Below are positions 1 to 12,661 of a DNA stretch of 64,000 bases, piece by piece. The position numbers and the translations under genes are program-made. Each line of letters opens with the position of its first letter. Positions within the stretch are counted from its first letter, which is position 1. The DNA lies in contig NW_002060944.1 of the NCBI RefSeq assembly GCF_000150275.1, positions 2,890,152 to 2,954,151 of the forward strand, written 5' to 3'. Below the pieces are notes generated by a model. It saw only the letters and a list, made by a program, of their open reading frames with translations, searched no databases and had not been told where the DNA came from. Origin of the DNA: Trichoplax adhaerens. Lineage: Eukaryota; Animalia; Placozoa.

Positions 1-43
1 AATAATTGCCCACAGAAACTATCAATAGTTTTGGAAATTATTG

Positions 44-1534
44 TTATGAGGCCATTTCCGCTCGAGAGTTGTCTCTTGGTGTTTCTCCATCATTTGATTT
101 ATCGATAGTGTAGTTGTCATCATTTTGTCTCTGTACTTTTGCATTTAAGATAGCAGTGCTAAATAAGCGGCAATATAATTCCAAGGAAGATAAGCTATCA
201 TCATTACCAGCAATCGGATAGGTGATAAGATTAGGATTACAATCAGTATCGACAATTCCAATACTTGGTATATTAGCCTGTGCAGATTCTCTTATTGCAT
301 CCATGTTGTATGGGACACTTAAAAAGATTATTAAATCAGGTAAACGAGGTACTGGTAGTAGTTTATGAGCGTTCGTCAGAATACCACCTCGCCATCTTTG
401 TATAACGAAAAACTCTTGACATTCTCGTGCTGTCTTTTGTACAAGGTGTTGAAACTGCAAGTAGAATAAAATTGAATTTAATAACATTACTCATTCAATT
501 TCAACAAAAATCGATGCGAACACGAAGCAGTTGCAACATTTGTATCTTTACTCGTGTACAAATTGTACAGTATAATAGCTGTCGACAGTAATATTGGTAT
601 AGAAGCCAGCATAAACATTGCGTAAAGTATTTTAGCATGGTTTGACAGCGAAAAAAAGTGTCAAGACTTTATCAACGTTTTTTTACATTCGTAAGGAAAG
701 TGGAATAGTTTATAGTATTGGTGTGCATGAGAATCATTTATTTCATCGTGAGCGTTATTTTTCTTTACCTGAGGACGACAACAAACGAATAATATCACAC
801 CTTTGCGATATGCAATATGACTTGTTACATTTAAGGCCAGAAAAAGATGACGATCAGTCTCGTTTAAGTCGATAATATGATTGCCATGTCTATCACCGTA
901 GATGTATTGCTTCATTAATGGATTCCAAACTCCAGTTTTATGGCCTAAATGTACGCCGGCGTCGAATAACGATTTGATACTGTAAAGCTGACGTACATCA
1001 AAAAAATCTTTGTGGGCTAGTGGATTGATACCTATAACAATAGATATAGATGAGAAGAAATATATAAGAATATGAACCGATATCATTATTAACTATTACC
1101 AATTTCTATTCTCGACTGTCATAACTACAAGGCTGATTTGCAGAAGAGAATGTACGTATGCCCACACGCTTACACGTTAACAGTTAACAACTTCACTATG
1201 CATTATTACAGCTACACATGTTACAGCTAGAGCTCAACAATCCCTTATTACTACAAACTACTGACAAATAGTCATAAAAGAAATAAAAATGATTGCGATA
1301 AGATTCTGGAGGAGAAAGTCCCTGACGATGTCAGAATCCATTTTTGCAAGCATCAAGGCAAATGAAGTTACCTGAGGGCTTACTTTCTGCCTTATCCAGT
1401 TTCCATGTAGTAGTAGAAAAGAGACATGATTGCCTATATAGCGTATTTCTACATGTCCACTGATTAGAATGGCAAACAAATGAGTTCCATTTCTGCAGCA
1501 CTTGTCTAATCTTGGTACTCTTGTGCAACGCCAT
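44..1534 (-). CDS. MRPS2: Mitochondrial ribosomal protein S2 (uS2m), about 3 exons
   Basis: uS2 motifs LFDAGVHLGHK..WNP.MK.YIYG.R...HIIDL and PDLIIFL...IPSIGIVDTDCNPNLITYPIAGNDDS. Likely ATG at 1534 (MALHKSTKIRQ, presequence-like); donor after 1372 is phase-compatible with the next exon. Confidence 0.93.
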
Positions 1535-1640
1535 GATTCTATTTACTCTATACCATTTAGAGGACCTCAATTTCCTTCAACTTTATGCAAGCAACAGCAT
1601 GGCTTACGCTGCGGCCAACGTGATCAAGGGCAGCACACAC

Positions 1641-1882
1641 TACAGACCCTCATAGAGACCCTTATGGAGACCCTTATAGAGACCCTTATAGAGACCCTTA
1701 TAGAGACCTTTATAGAGACCCTTATAGAGATCCTTATAGAGACCCTTATAGAGACCCTTATAGAGACCCTTATAGAGACCCTTATAGAGACCCTTTTTAT
1801 AGAGACCCTTATAGAGACCCTTATAGAGACCCTTATAGAGACCCTTATAGAGACCCTTATAGAGACCCTATGAGGGTCTCTA
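1641..1882. mobile_element. hAT-like MITE with 15-bp TIRs, 8-bp TSD and internal 12-bp tandem array
   Basis: GCACACAC at 1633-1640 and 1883-1890 flanks TACAGACCCTCATAG (1641-1655) and CTATGAGGGTCTCTA (1868-1882), which are inverted with 1 mismatch. Interior is about 18 copies of ATAGAGACCCTT. Confidence 0.8.
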
Positions 1883-1894
1883 GCACACACTGCG

Positions 1895-2035
1895 CAGTAC
1901 TGTACTGTACGGCTTGACACCCATCATACTACAGTGTACTGTAGGGTACAGTACAAGACAGAGGGCTGTACGGTACACTGTACAGTACACTGTAGCCGAT
2001 AGTACCAGTACAGTACTAGTACGGTACTAGTAACC
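1895..2035. promoter_or_regulatory. TACAG/CTGTA-rich block in the MRPS2/MPDU1 divergent promoter
   Basis: Dense gtactgtactgtac/gtacagtac runs next to the MITE. Confidence 0.55.
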
Positions 2036-2343
2036 AGGATCACGTGGGCCAACCGATATGGTACTAGACGTTTGTATGGACAGTAGTATCTATAACGCGA
2101 ACTCTGACTGTGATAGTGATCAAGTGCAAGTAAAAGCGAGTGTTGGACGAGCAATAAATTCGCAAATTTCAAATCTCTCAAGCGAGCGACTTTAGATCTC
2201 AATCCTGCCAATTAATCTTGCTCATCCTACTGCAATTGATCTCATAAGAAGCAATATCTTTATTATTGTGAATCTGCTCGCATAGACTGTCTATCTTGAA
2301 GTACTACAGTATAGTTTGTATTAACAACAAGACGAAGAGCAAA

Positions 2344-3072
2344 ATGGAGGCAATCTTTCATACTTTTGTCACTTCTTATTTTCTCAGCGAAGAATGTTAT
2401 AAAGATCTTTTAATCAATTGGAATATAACCAATATTAGCTGTCTTAAGATGCTAATTAGTAAATCTTTAGGTTTTGCTATTGTAGTTGGGGCTGCTGTTG
2501 TAAAATTTCCTCAAATTATCAAGGTCTATCGTGCTGGTAGTGTTGAGGGTTTATCACTGCCGTCGTTGATCATGGAGTTGCTTGCAGTAGTGGTTAATGT
2601 GGCGTATAATGTTGTCAAAGGATTTCCTTTTAGTACATGGGGTGAAGGAGCCTTTCTTATGATTCAAACATCGATTCAAACTATGCAAATTTTATATTAC
2701 CGCAAGCAACGTATACCTTTCTACTTGTTTCTACCTGTTCTTGCAGCTTTCTCCTACTTCTTAATCTCTGATTATTGTGGGCTTCCCTTGCTTAGCAAGT
2801 TAACCTGGGCATCGATGCCAACTATTGCTGCTAGCAAGCTAACGCAAATAGGCACTAACATTTATCATGGCTCTACTGGGCAGCTTTCGATGGTTACCAT
2901 AGTTTTAATATTTGGTGGCTCCTTGGGCAGAGTATTTACAACTATCCAAGAAACAGCCGATCCCATCTTATTGACAACTTACATAGTGACATCTTCCTTA
3001 AATGGTGTCCTAGTAATGCAAATTATCTATTACTTTAATAATGTAATTGATAAAACTAAGAAGAAATTGTAG
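2344..3072 (+). CDS. MPDU1: Mannose-P-dolichol utilization defect 1 (PQ-loop protein), single coding exon
   Basis: SKSLGFAIVVGAAVVKFPQIIK..GSVEGLS, FPFSTWGE, STGQLS...F.GSLGRVFTTIQET.D; C-terminal di-lysine KTKKKL. First ATG is 2344 (the ORF track starts at an upstream TTG). Confidence 0.95.
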   Translation: MEAIFHTFVTSYFLSEECYKDLLINWNITNISCLKMLISKSLGFAIVVGAAVVKFPQIIKVYRAGSVEGLSLPSLIMELLAVVVNVAYNVVKGFPFSTWGEGAFLMIQTSIQTMQILYYRKQRIPFYLFLPVLAAFSYFLISDYCGLPLLSKLTWASMPTIAASKLTQIGTNIYHGSTGQLSMVTIVLIFGGSLGRVFTTIQETADPILLTTYIVTSSLNGVLVMQIIYYFNNVIDKTKKKL

Positions 3073-3518
3073 ATTTGTAATGTGATACCGCTATATTGAG
3101 CTAAATCTAACCATATTGCCAAGCACGAGTTGATGATGACATTATTTAAACTACTATCTTTGTCAGCACTCGGTAATATGCAATAGGACCTCTTAACTTA
3201 AAAGTGTAATACTCGTTGTTTTGACGGATTAATTGATTGATTGTTGTCGAATGGATTTCCGATTAGGATCAGATTAGCACTTGCAATTTCATATCAAGTT
3301 ATCGTAGGTCCCACAAAGAAAGCCAATCGACTTGAAATTTTGAAGTATTTTATCATTTACATTCAATAAAAGCGTCACAAAATAAACTGTAAGGAATATT
3401 TACGTATAGTTAATATAAATGGACTTTGTGTACAGTACACTGTATAGTGTATAGTGTGCACTATGGAAGAAAAGAAATGAACGAATAAGATGATCCCTGT
3501 CTGTGGATATTAATTTAC

Positions 3519-3654
3519 TTGAGTTTATCAACCTGCTCTTTTAATTCTATTGCATTAACATCACATTATAGAAGCTGTAAATATTAAATTGCTTGAGTTT
3601 ATCAACTTGTTAAGCTATTTTAATTGTATTGTATCAACATCGCATTATAGAAGT
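3519..3654. repeat. Diverged tandem duplication, period about 73 bp
   Basis: ttgagtttatcaac...ttttaatt.tattg.at.aacatc.cattatagaag occurs twice. Confidence 0.7.
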
Positions 3655-3984
3655 TTACAGCGAATTGTCTTGAGTACGCAATATTAGCTAGCACAGTGTC
3701 ATTTTGCCTCTAGCTATTTCAATATTGAGAACATTTTTAATAATTAATTTGCGCTACTCTGAGGCATCCTAATGATGATGATCGTTTCGCTTCACTATTC
3801 CCTAGAAATTTTCAAGATTACCAGTATTGCTTTTAAAAAGGCCAGCTATATCATGGATATATACTGTAGTACTGTATGTGTTAATGACTCGCTCTTAAGT
3901 AGAACTAGCGCTTTGGTTGCTGTAATTAATTTTGAGTGCTTTCTGAAACGCCTTACGTATTTCGCAAGTTCTGTATATATATCG

Positions 3985-4345
3985 TCTAGATATAGCGGGT
4001 ACACAGACAGAATTCATGTGCATACAGTATCATACTCTAGTAACAGAGAAGTAGCACAAGCAGTAAGGGTCTCTAGAGAGCACTAATGATGATAGCTCAA
4101 ATATTGACATCATGCTTTTTTCATTACCATCGGTAGCCCCCATTCCTCTTGTTCTTTGCTAGGCTGCATCGACATCATCTAGCAAAATTTTGTCTAGGCA
4201 CACAGACACAATTTATCTGCATGCAGCATCATATACTAGCAACAGAGAGACAGTATAAGTAGTGTATTGAGAGGCCTAATGATGACAGAGCAAATCCTTT
4301 CTCCAATATTGACACCACACGTTTTATTTCTTGGTAGCGCCTTGT
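3985..4345. repeat. Diverged tandem duplication upstream of TYW3, period about 200 bp
   Basis: acacagaca.aatt.at.tgcat.cag.atcata..ctag.aacagaga...ctaatgatga.ag...aatattgaca.ca...ggtagc.cc at about 4001 and 4200. Confidence 0.75.
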
Positions 4346-4664
4346 TTCCTTATTGGAGGCCAGCTCTTGGACTGGAAAATCGACTTCAAATCGTTATTTC
4401 GTTCCTGTTGTTCCTCGTCGATATATATATATATATATACTCTACTCTACCGAGTCATATCTAGTAGGGTACTGTACCGTGTCCTGTAGTACCGTCCATA
4501 GTAGTCATACATTGATATATTACGCTACAAAAGAACTGTACAAGCAGACGAAAGCGAGAGCAGCTACCTGAAGCAATGCCCACCGCATCGCAGTAAGATA
4601 CTAATCTATTGCAGAGAAATTATCATTACTTTAGCCATTTCTACCATTGATGCATTAACAATCG

Positions 4665-6935
4665 ATGGACGAATTTCAAAAGCAAAAAAATCGGTGCTTA
4701 TCATCGACAGACAACAGTATCAAAGGTAGTATCGATGCAAAGATTTTATCTTTAGTCCAGCTAATCAATGAAAACAAGGATTACTTTACAACTAGCTCCT
4801 GCTCTGGCAGAATAATGATATTCCGAAAGGTAAATGTTACAATGTTGAAACAGACTAGGTGGCAATACAAGTACTCAGTTTTTCAGCTCTATGATAAATC
4901 ATTGTATTGCAGTTGTCATTAACTTTGATAGCTATCGCTTGTAATCGAGGTCAATAGTATACCTCTGTGTCAGCGAATATTACTGTACTGTCATGGTTTA
5001 CATTTTACAACCTCTGCCTTCCTATAAATCCCTTACGATATATTATTCGTAAAATCAAAATGAATGCATTTTATGCAATATTTTACGGTAATTATGTATG
5101 CAAGTCATACTAGAAGAAGAGTGCATTAGAAGTATGATGTTCTAAGAGGTCAATGTTGAACTACGTATGCTAACAAGGAAATGAAAATAATTATTATTAT
5201 TAATATCAATCGAAAAATATATAGGTTAATCAGCTGAAAAGCAAGAACTGCGAAAGTTTATTCGTCACGCATGACAGCATTACTGAGGATGATGTGGTAT
5301 GCATGAATAATTTAATGTTGTAGTACTTTACAGAACTTCTATTAATTATTCGTACAATTCATGACTGCAATATTATTCAATAATCTATAAATTCATTATC
5401 GTCCACATATTAAATGCAGATACATGCATTGATAAAATGAATCTACAACACAATCAATGATATGCACTGCACTGTATTTGGCCTATAGACAGTAGTATTG
5501 AAATTTCTTCGCTGAAATAAAATTTTCTCTTTATTGGGTAATATCAATTCAAAATTACCAAACTAAGCAGTATTGTATTTCTGCTTCCTTCAGAATTTCT
5601 TACTCAATGGTCAGATTGAAGATAGTGTAATCTTTAAATTTGAGCCGTTTGTCCTTCATGTTCAATGCAGAACTATGAATCACGCTCGTTTACTGGTAAG
5701 AACGATGATTCTTAGTATTTCTAGTTTTTTTCAGCCAGTTTCAATAGAACTGATAATGTTGGTCCTTACTAAACATTTTCTTGCAGTTTTATACCAGCAT
5801 TTAAAGCTATACCGCATTCTTTTCACTATTTAATTGCTATTTCAATTATAATAGCTAAAGGTAGCCTTGACCTCAGGATTTCGAAATTCTGGCATCGTTT
5901 TGGGTAAAAAAGAACGCTTAATAGTGGTAATTTAAAGTCCGAACTTCTATATTGTTGTCATTTTGTGACCGAAATTTTATTTTATCTTAGCATAATTTAT
6001 AGTCATTAATAATTATTTACCAGATACGTAGTAAATCTATTGTTCATTTAATTAGGCTGTTCGTAGCACTCAAACCCTAGAAGTACCATTGACAAATCAA
6101 GGCGCTATGCTAATATCACAAGATGTAAGTGATAGTAAGATGAAGTAGCACCGCTTATTTATAAACTTCAACTACGATGATAGATCTTTTCACGTGGTAT
6201 ACGAAAGACAGTTTTCAATTGAAAGTGTTTTCACATTTAAATCTACTTTGCATTATACAGTACCTATATTTTCTACTACAAGTAGCCAACGAAAAAATGG
6301 ATGATAATGATTTAAGGATTCGAAAGTAAATCAACTTTTTACATCTTACGAAAATGTACTGCTTTCTTACTATTACTATAGTTTTAAGCTAATATACTTG
6401 CCTTGACTCCACTCAAATAATGCACATAGGTTCGAAGTTAGCTTCCATTCTACGACGTTATCAGAAGGTTGGGTTTGTGCAATACTGTATAAGATTTTAA
6501 GATAAGGGTTAGCGTACGAGTATTACACAACCTGTATATAGGACAGCCAGTACAGCCTTAGATACAATGTAAGTTCTAAAATCCTTCAGAAGGAGATTTA
6601 ACGTGCTTTATATCCCTATTTTATCTAGAAACGAAATGTAAGAAATCAAAATCAAGTACTCGACGAAGCCAAAAGGATTCACTGCAATCGGTCTGCTACT
6701 GCACTTGTCTATATCCCATGTATTATACTGTTTTAGTTATCGTCAGGAATTAGTAAAGAAAATAGAATACTTTTCATAGTAGCCATATAAATTACTATTT
6801 GTTATTAAATAAAATACCTTATGTTACAACTTTGCTTTAATTAAGGTATCAACTGCTCAAGCGTCTACGAAAAATTGTAGTTATGAGGATGGCCTACTTA
6901 ATTTTTCCGATCTATTTAAAGAATCTGATTTTTAG
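4665..6935 (+). CDS. TYW3: tRNA wybutosine-synthesizing protein 3, about 10 exons
   Basis: D.S.KGSID..I..LV.LIN...DYFTTSSCSGRI; FKFEPFVLHVQCR; SGFRNSGI; AVRSTQTLEVPL; ANEKM..N..RI. The 3'-most small exons are less certain. Confidence 0.92.
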
Positions 6936-8694
6936 TTTTATTTTGAACACCTGAAAGTTCCAAGTTATTTAAGGGAAACTTTGGTACCATTGAATTTTGT
7001 ATAAACTAATGTCGAGATGATGGTATCACTGATAAAATTTCAAAATTTGATTACCGTAGCATGGTGAAGTGAATACGGCGCTTATGTTTACAATTACCAC
7101 TGTAATCTGAATATCTACTCTAAGATTGTAATAGAACTTAAAGTTAGACCTATAAATCTTGAATAATAGCTTACTCTGTAGTTTTCTATTTTCTTAGGTG
7201 CTCTACAGTACAATGAGTACAGTATGCAACTATATATATTACTGTATGTAATTACGTTCTTAACTTTATTAAGAAGAAATTCATCTCATAATGGTATCCC
7301 ACGTTACTGCAGAAGACACCTTGGATGGAACTTGCGTTACTTTAAAGGTGTCGGCAGTTCGGTGCCTGTTATACGTTAAATGGGACGCAGGAAACGTAAT
7401 TAATATACATTATGTAAATATGGTCAATCGTGCCCACAAAACATTCGACTTTATCATGTAGGCTATATTTAATACTAAAGAGCATATTCCACAAATAAGT
7501 TCAATCTAGAATTAAGCATTTAAGTTAAGTAATATTTTAAAATGCATAAAATTATATGCTATGGTAATCTAAATATTGATTATCGTCCATCTAAAAAGAA
7601 ATTTAAATCCTACATAATGATCCACGTACATGAATTAGTATGCAGCTTATTGCATATCATATCGGTTGTTCAATAAAATAAGTTACTATCGTAACGCGAC
7701 TTATTACACACTGGTCTATGTTGCTAAATGAGAACCTTCTAAAACCTGCAGGATACTGCCAGAGACCGTAATTTTAATAATTTAAAATAATTAATAAGCT
7801 TCAAACACATATTTAGATAGGATAATTTCTCACACCCTTTACTAGCGCTTTTGCTTGTAGGATTCACTTAATTACCACAGGTATTATAGGAGCTCAAAAT
7901 CAATAGCGCATTACAGAAGGTTTAATATAACATTAGAAACTTCGTTACACTATTTAAAGTAATGTTCTAACAATTGCACTCTTGTTTGCTAGCAGTGTAC
8001 TACTATTTACTATATCGCCTTCATTCCTAGGATATCCCTAAAATTTGTGTCATGCCATTAAATAGATTACCCTAAACAAAGCAACAGACCTTTGGATCAA
8101 ATTTGCAAAACGAGACATAATGAAAACATACAAATTATTAGCAGACACTTATTCAGCAGGGGTACTAAACTACTGAATTATTGCATGATGAAAATTTTGC
8201 GATAACACCCAGACTGTCAAGACTAGACGCCTAAACAAACTAATTTTAGTCCTATGTCGTTGCACTTTTCTTCTCTTTATATGTATAGACTTAGATATTA
8301 ATAGCACCCTTTAGTTGTTTTTAATTGAAACCACACGCGTGTTTTAAAAATTGTTCTTAGATTGTATTAACCATTTACAGAGTCATCATCACGTAAGAGA
8401 CATTTTTTTGCATCGGTGCATACCTGGCCTTATATACGGGTGTACGCAAAGATGATATCGAAATACAACCAACTAATTTATGCAGGATTACGACAATAAC
8501 TAATAACAGAGGGGACAAATTGCTATTATTGTACTTTGACCTGAACTAGTTGTAATAAAAATCATAGCTATACTCTCAATAAGATATTTCAATAAAATTT
8601 GCTACGGTTGTCGTAAATATTATGTTTAAATTTATGGATAATTTACAAGCATTAAATTCATCATAATAACTGTATATTGATTCTGGGTTTACAG

Positions 8695-10790
8695 TGTACG
8701 TACGTTGACATTCCGTATTGAAATTCAAGTGAGAACATTAAAAGAAGCCACACAGTGTTTTATGGATATGAAGCACGTCGAAGGTATAAGCTTCTAATAA
8801 GCCAGTATTCTCAATTTTTAATTAAAGTGTAAATATGTTCTTAAGCAGGAAATTTCAAGTATTATAAGCAATTTTTACAAAATTAAAACTTCAGTTAAAA
8901 AAAACGTCAAAGTTGGCAAGAAATATTTTTTTTTAGCATGTATCCCTCGTTATCACAAACGCTGTACTATTTGTGTGTCATATATTAGGCTACCAATAGA
9001 TTGTTTTATTTATTCAGCGTATTACATATGCATGAGATAGCGAAGATGCATACGTATTAAGATTACTTGATAAATAAATACCGTAAGTGATGTAGGGCTT
9101 ATTATCAGAGCATGCAGACATACGATAACTCCCCATGGCGGAATTAGTATGGATAGGGTCGGAAAGTGTTTATTTCTGCAGTTAACTAATGCTGTTTAAT
9201 TAATGTATTAATTAAATGTTTAGTTCATTCAGTATATTTACAAATTTGTAAAATTAATTATTAAATCTTCAGCAATTTAAAATGTTTTTGAATAATCAAA
9301 GCTCGGAATAGCCTATTTAAGACGGTATGTAGGCACATTTTAACCATAAGGAATAATTCATGATTGCAAGATAATTAAGTTCAATGAGTTCAGCAAAGAA
9401 AATTCTGAAAAATAAGGTCAAAACTTGATGATTGCATTAAAATCCTAACGCTCAATAAATATCGTCGTGAATTTAAGTCATCAAGATTATAGAGTAACAA
9501 TAACCTAACATATTAGTGTTTCAGATTTCACGGATGTAATGTTTATTATGTGATATACTCGTATGGTAGTTATTATTGGGTAAAATTAGGTGATAATCGC
9601 GTGTCGTGTAATTCTTGAGAATTCACAAAATAAAGAGAGAACATTGACTTATCGATTTTGAGTACGAGATATAACGGTTACGTATACCGTAAATTTAAAT
9701 TCCATGCTAACAATGATGTATCGATATATTCTATAGGACTGTATGAGTGTAGCACTTGAGCCTTTCTACTCTTAAATCTAAGGCGATAAAATATTGCTGA
9801 TGCATAATCACAATAAATAGATATCCTAGTAGTTATTATTATACATGCAATAATCCCTTTAAAACTATGCATTGAACGGTGAATGCTCGCGAATAATGAA
9901 ACCAAATTAACAAATCACGGAGGAACAATATTCCGACTTGATTCGGTTTGTAGCATATTTCATAGCCTTTTCAGCAATGTCAATACATATATATGTATAC
10001 ATATATATTCACTCTTCTATCTTCCTATTTCGCGAGAGAATACACAATCTTTATTGCACAGATCGCTTCTATTCAGTGCTAATAATAAGCAGTTTAATAC
10101 AAATCAACAAATATTATGAATAGGTTTTGAAAAGGTGATAGACTTCGAAAATTTCAAGTTCTTAAAAGAAGACTAGAACTTAGTCAATAAACTATGAATA
10201 ACTCAATCCATTCATTACTTCGGCCTATTTTACCATAGCGTAATAAAGACGGATGTATAATACTTATGCAAAAAAGTGATCATACTACAAGAATATATCA
10301 ATCGAGTACCCTGCTACTGATATAAACGATCTTTAGATAATTAGGATGGAATGATGCTGAAAGACACTCACCAATATAGCTCCATAGTACAAACTATACT
10401 ATGTGGCAATTGCACAAGTATTATTAGCATTTCCCTGTATCAATTATAACGTCACTAATTAATGTAGAAAATAGAGGGTTAGCCGCCTAGGTACACTTGC
10501 GAGCATCTGGGCTAGATTTGAACTGTGCAAAGATCTTCTCATCAGCGATGTATCGGTATCTCAGCTGATAAATTACAACTTGGATGATCACGATTTCATT
10601 ACCATGGCAGAAATACGAAATCAAGCTATTTTTCCCAGTAAGAGATACTGGTCAATAATTGCTACCGACCATATTTCGCTATCTTAATTAAAGATTAGGC
10701 TCCTATCATATACGCGTAAATACAGCATTACATCACAAGTTCGGACTCAAATATTTCTGCATATTTAGAAAAAGTAGACTATTAACATGA
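8695..10790 (+). CDS. Unassigned multi-exon protein-coding candidate; 5' extent unknown, possibly from about 7200
   Basis: Phase-compatible GT-AG exons 10345-10417, 10491-10637 and 10699-10790 (introns 73 and 61 nt) read DGMMLKDTHQYSSIVQTILCGNCTSTLASIWARFELCKDLL...KYFCIFRKSRLLT*. A further open exon lies at 8695-8783. No family recognised. Confidence 0.4.
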
Positions 10791-11017
10791 TCTATGGCAA
10801 TATACTGTACATAAATATTTATAATTATCATTATACAAAATCACAGGTATACTGGTAGATATAATTAAGATTTTCAGTAATGTCAATCAATCGAGCAAGT
10901 CCTCGATGCATTTACAATACATAGATAAAATGCAAGATATCACAGTTATGTATTGATAATTTGAGTATAGCAAAAATACAGTGCAGTGATGATCACTTGG
11001 AGTCTTCCTTTGGGATT

Positions 11018-12045
11018 TTAATTGTTATCTATCTCCATTTGATGTTCTTTAACTAGTTGATTTCCCTTTTGTAAAGATTTATTACTACTTGATCCTACTA
11101 CAAATAGAAAAGCAAAATTCCAATTTAATTGAGGTATCCATAACATGAGCGCAGAAGCATAAAAATACTTTAAATTTCCTTATCCTATCCTATTACTAGT
11201 AGTACATCATTCCTGTCGCTGCATCTTAACTTAAGTTCAGCAAAAGGTGATTACGTGTAGGATTACATAATACATAATACAGGTGGTAAGAATTCGACAA
11301 AATTTAACTATGTACTATTAGAATATTTACTTATAACTACAACAAAATAACTTACTGCATCCAACAAATAACGTACTAGACGAAGTTATACGGTACCTAA
11401 AGTACCTCACAATGTAGTAGACATTAATGCCTAGGAATTATACTGTAATACGTTGGATACCTTCTATGTCCATTTGTGATTTCGCTAGTTCAACTTTAGC
11501 TAGGCGCTTTCGATACAGTCTTAACTTCTTTCCGGATAGAACAATATTGGCATTAGGATTACTTCTGTAAAATTTCCATTAATATGTAAACATAAGTTTA
11601 ACATACGTATGACGGGGTTCGATTATGAGTTCGTGGCTGATGTTAATTTACAATACAGCATAGAGAATAGAGGAACATACGAGCATCAGAAGGTTTTACA
11701 TGCTAATGTGCTATCACCTGTTCTGCTTTGCAACATCAAGGCTTGAATTCATAGTAGCAGCACGATTAGAAGGATCCCGTGTAGTTTTTTTCAGGTTTTT
11801 ATAATGAGTTTTATGACTTTGGCGCTTCCTTACAGCTTTCTTGTCTTTTTTCTTCTGCAAATACGAAATGAAACAAGATTATCTGCGTTCATATAGGGAC
11901 TCAGCAAGCTACAGTAGTACTGTACTGTGGTTACGCATACACCTGCTACACGTACTATAGTCTTATTATTAACCTAATCACAATTTTATTTTAATCGATG
12001 AATGATTGAATAATCTTGTTGTACCGCACTTACATTGTAACCCAT
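11018..12045 (-). CDS. C11orf98: C11orf98-like small basic protein, 4 exons
   Basis: Exons 12045-12034, 11854-11718, 11564-11461 and 11094-11018 join in phase: MGYNKKKDKKAVRKRQ...RSNPNANIVLSGKKLRLYRKRL...QMDIE...QMEIDNN*. ANIxLSGKK matches the human C11orf98 core ANITLSGKKRRKL. Confidence 0.8.
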
Positions 12046-12169
12046 GTTAGCCAATATGAAAATCACTGTTGTAGAAAATTTTTTTGTGTAGCTAGCTGAT
12101 GTTGCTGATTCCAGGGCCTCTAATTCTAATTTGTGATCCAAGCGAGGGCAAGAGTCAGTGAGAAAGGGC

Positions 12170-12262
12170 AGAAATGCTGTACAGTACTGTACACTGTAAT
12201 ATAGTACAGTACAATACTGTACTGTAGTTCCTTCTAAAATACTGTACTGTACTGTAGCCTAA
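12170..12262. promoter_or_regulatory. TACAG/CTGTA-rich block in the C11orf98/CDC26 divergent promoter
   Basis: ctgtacagtactgtacactgta...gtacagtacaatactgtactgtag...actgtactgtactgtag between ATGs 380 bp apart. Confidence 0.55.
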
Positions 12263-12424
12263 CGTCACTAACTGCGCATATACAATTTTTAACAGTAAAT
12301 TAGGTGCAACCTCTTAAGTCCTTCCTCTTTCGTCATCATAAGCTCTCTAGGCAAAACTTTCAGAAGCTAACCTTCATCTGTCAATTATTCTTCAACGGAT
12401 CACTACCGGAGTGAAAGAATCAAA

Positions 12425-12661
12425 ATGCTACCAGGGAAGCTGTCCAGGATTGAATTAAAAATGAACAACTTGCAAGAATTTGAAAATAGTAGGAAAAAAA
12501 ATGATAAAGCTCAAGTCGAAATGGATGATAGTCTGAATGAGCAACAGCAGAGAAATGGTGGTGATCATGTTAAGGACAGAATTGCAAGACAACACGAAAG
12601 GATTGGCTACGTTCCTCAAGTAGTCACAAACGACGCCCATGTCAATATTCGTGAAAGTTAA
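12425..12661 (+). CDS. CDC26: Anaphase-promoting complex subunit CDC26
   Basis: MLPGKLSRIELKMNNLQEFENSRK resembles human [24 protein letters not shown]; C-terminal ERIGYVPQ resembles DRIGYKPQ. Confidence 0.88.
   Translation: MLPGKLSRIELKMNNLQEFENSRKKNDKAQVEMDDSLNEQQQRNGGDHVKDRIARQHERIGYVPQVVTNDAHVNIRES

Noticed and set aside
1502-1920. ORFs with (IETL)n and (RVSI)n repeats
   Set aside because: They are translations of the 12-bp array inside the MITE.
4278-4292. 15-mer AATGATGACAGAGCA shared with 24279-24293(-); box C-like
   Set aside because: No box D or terminal stem, and a 15-mer match is plausible by chance in 64 kb of AT-rich DNA.
7305-7350. GACACCTT/AAGGTGTC hairpin as an ncRNA
   Set aside because: A single 8-bp stem with no family motifs; the segment is equally explained as an exon.
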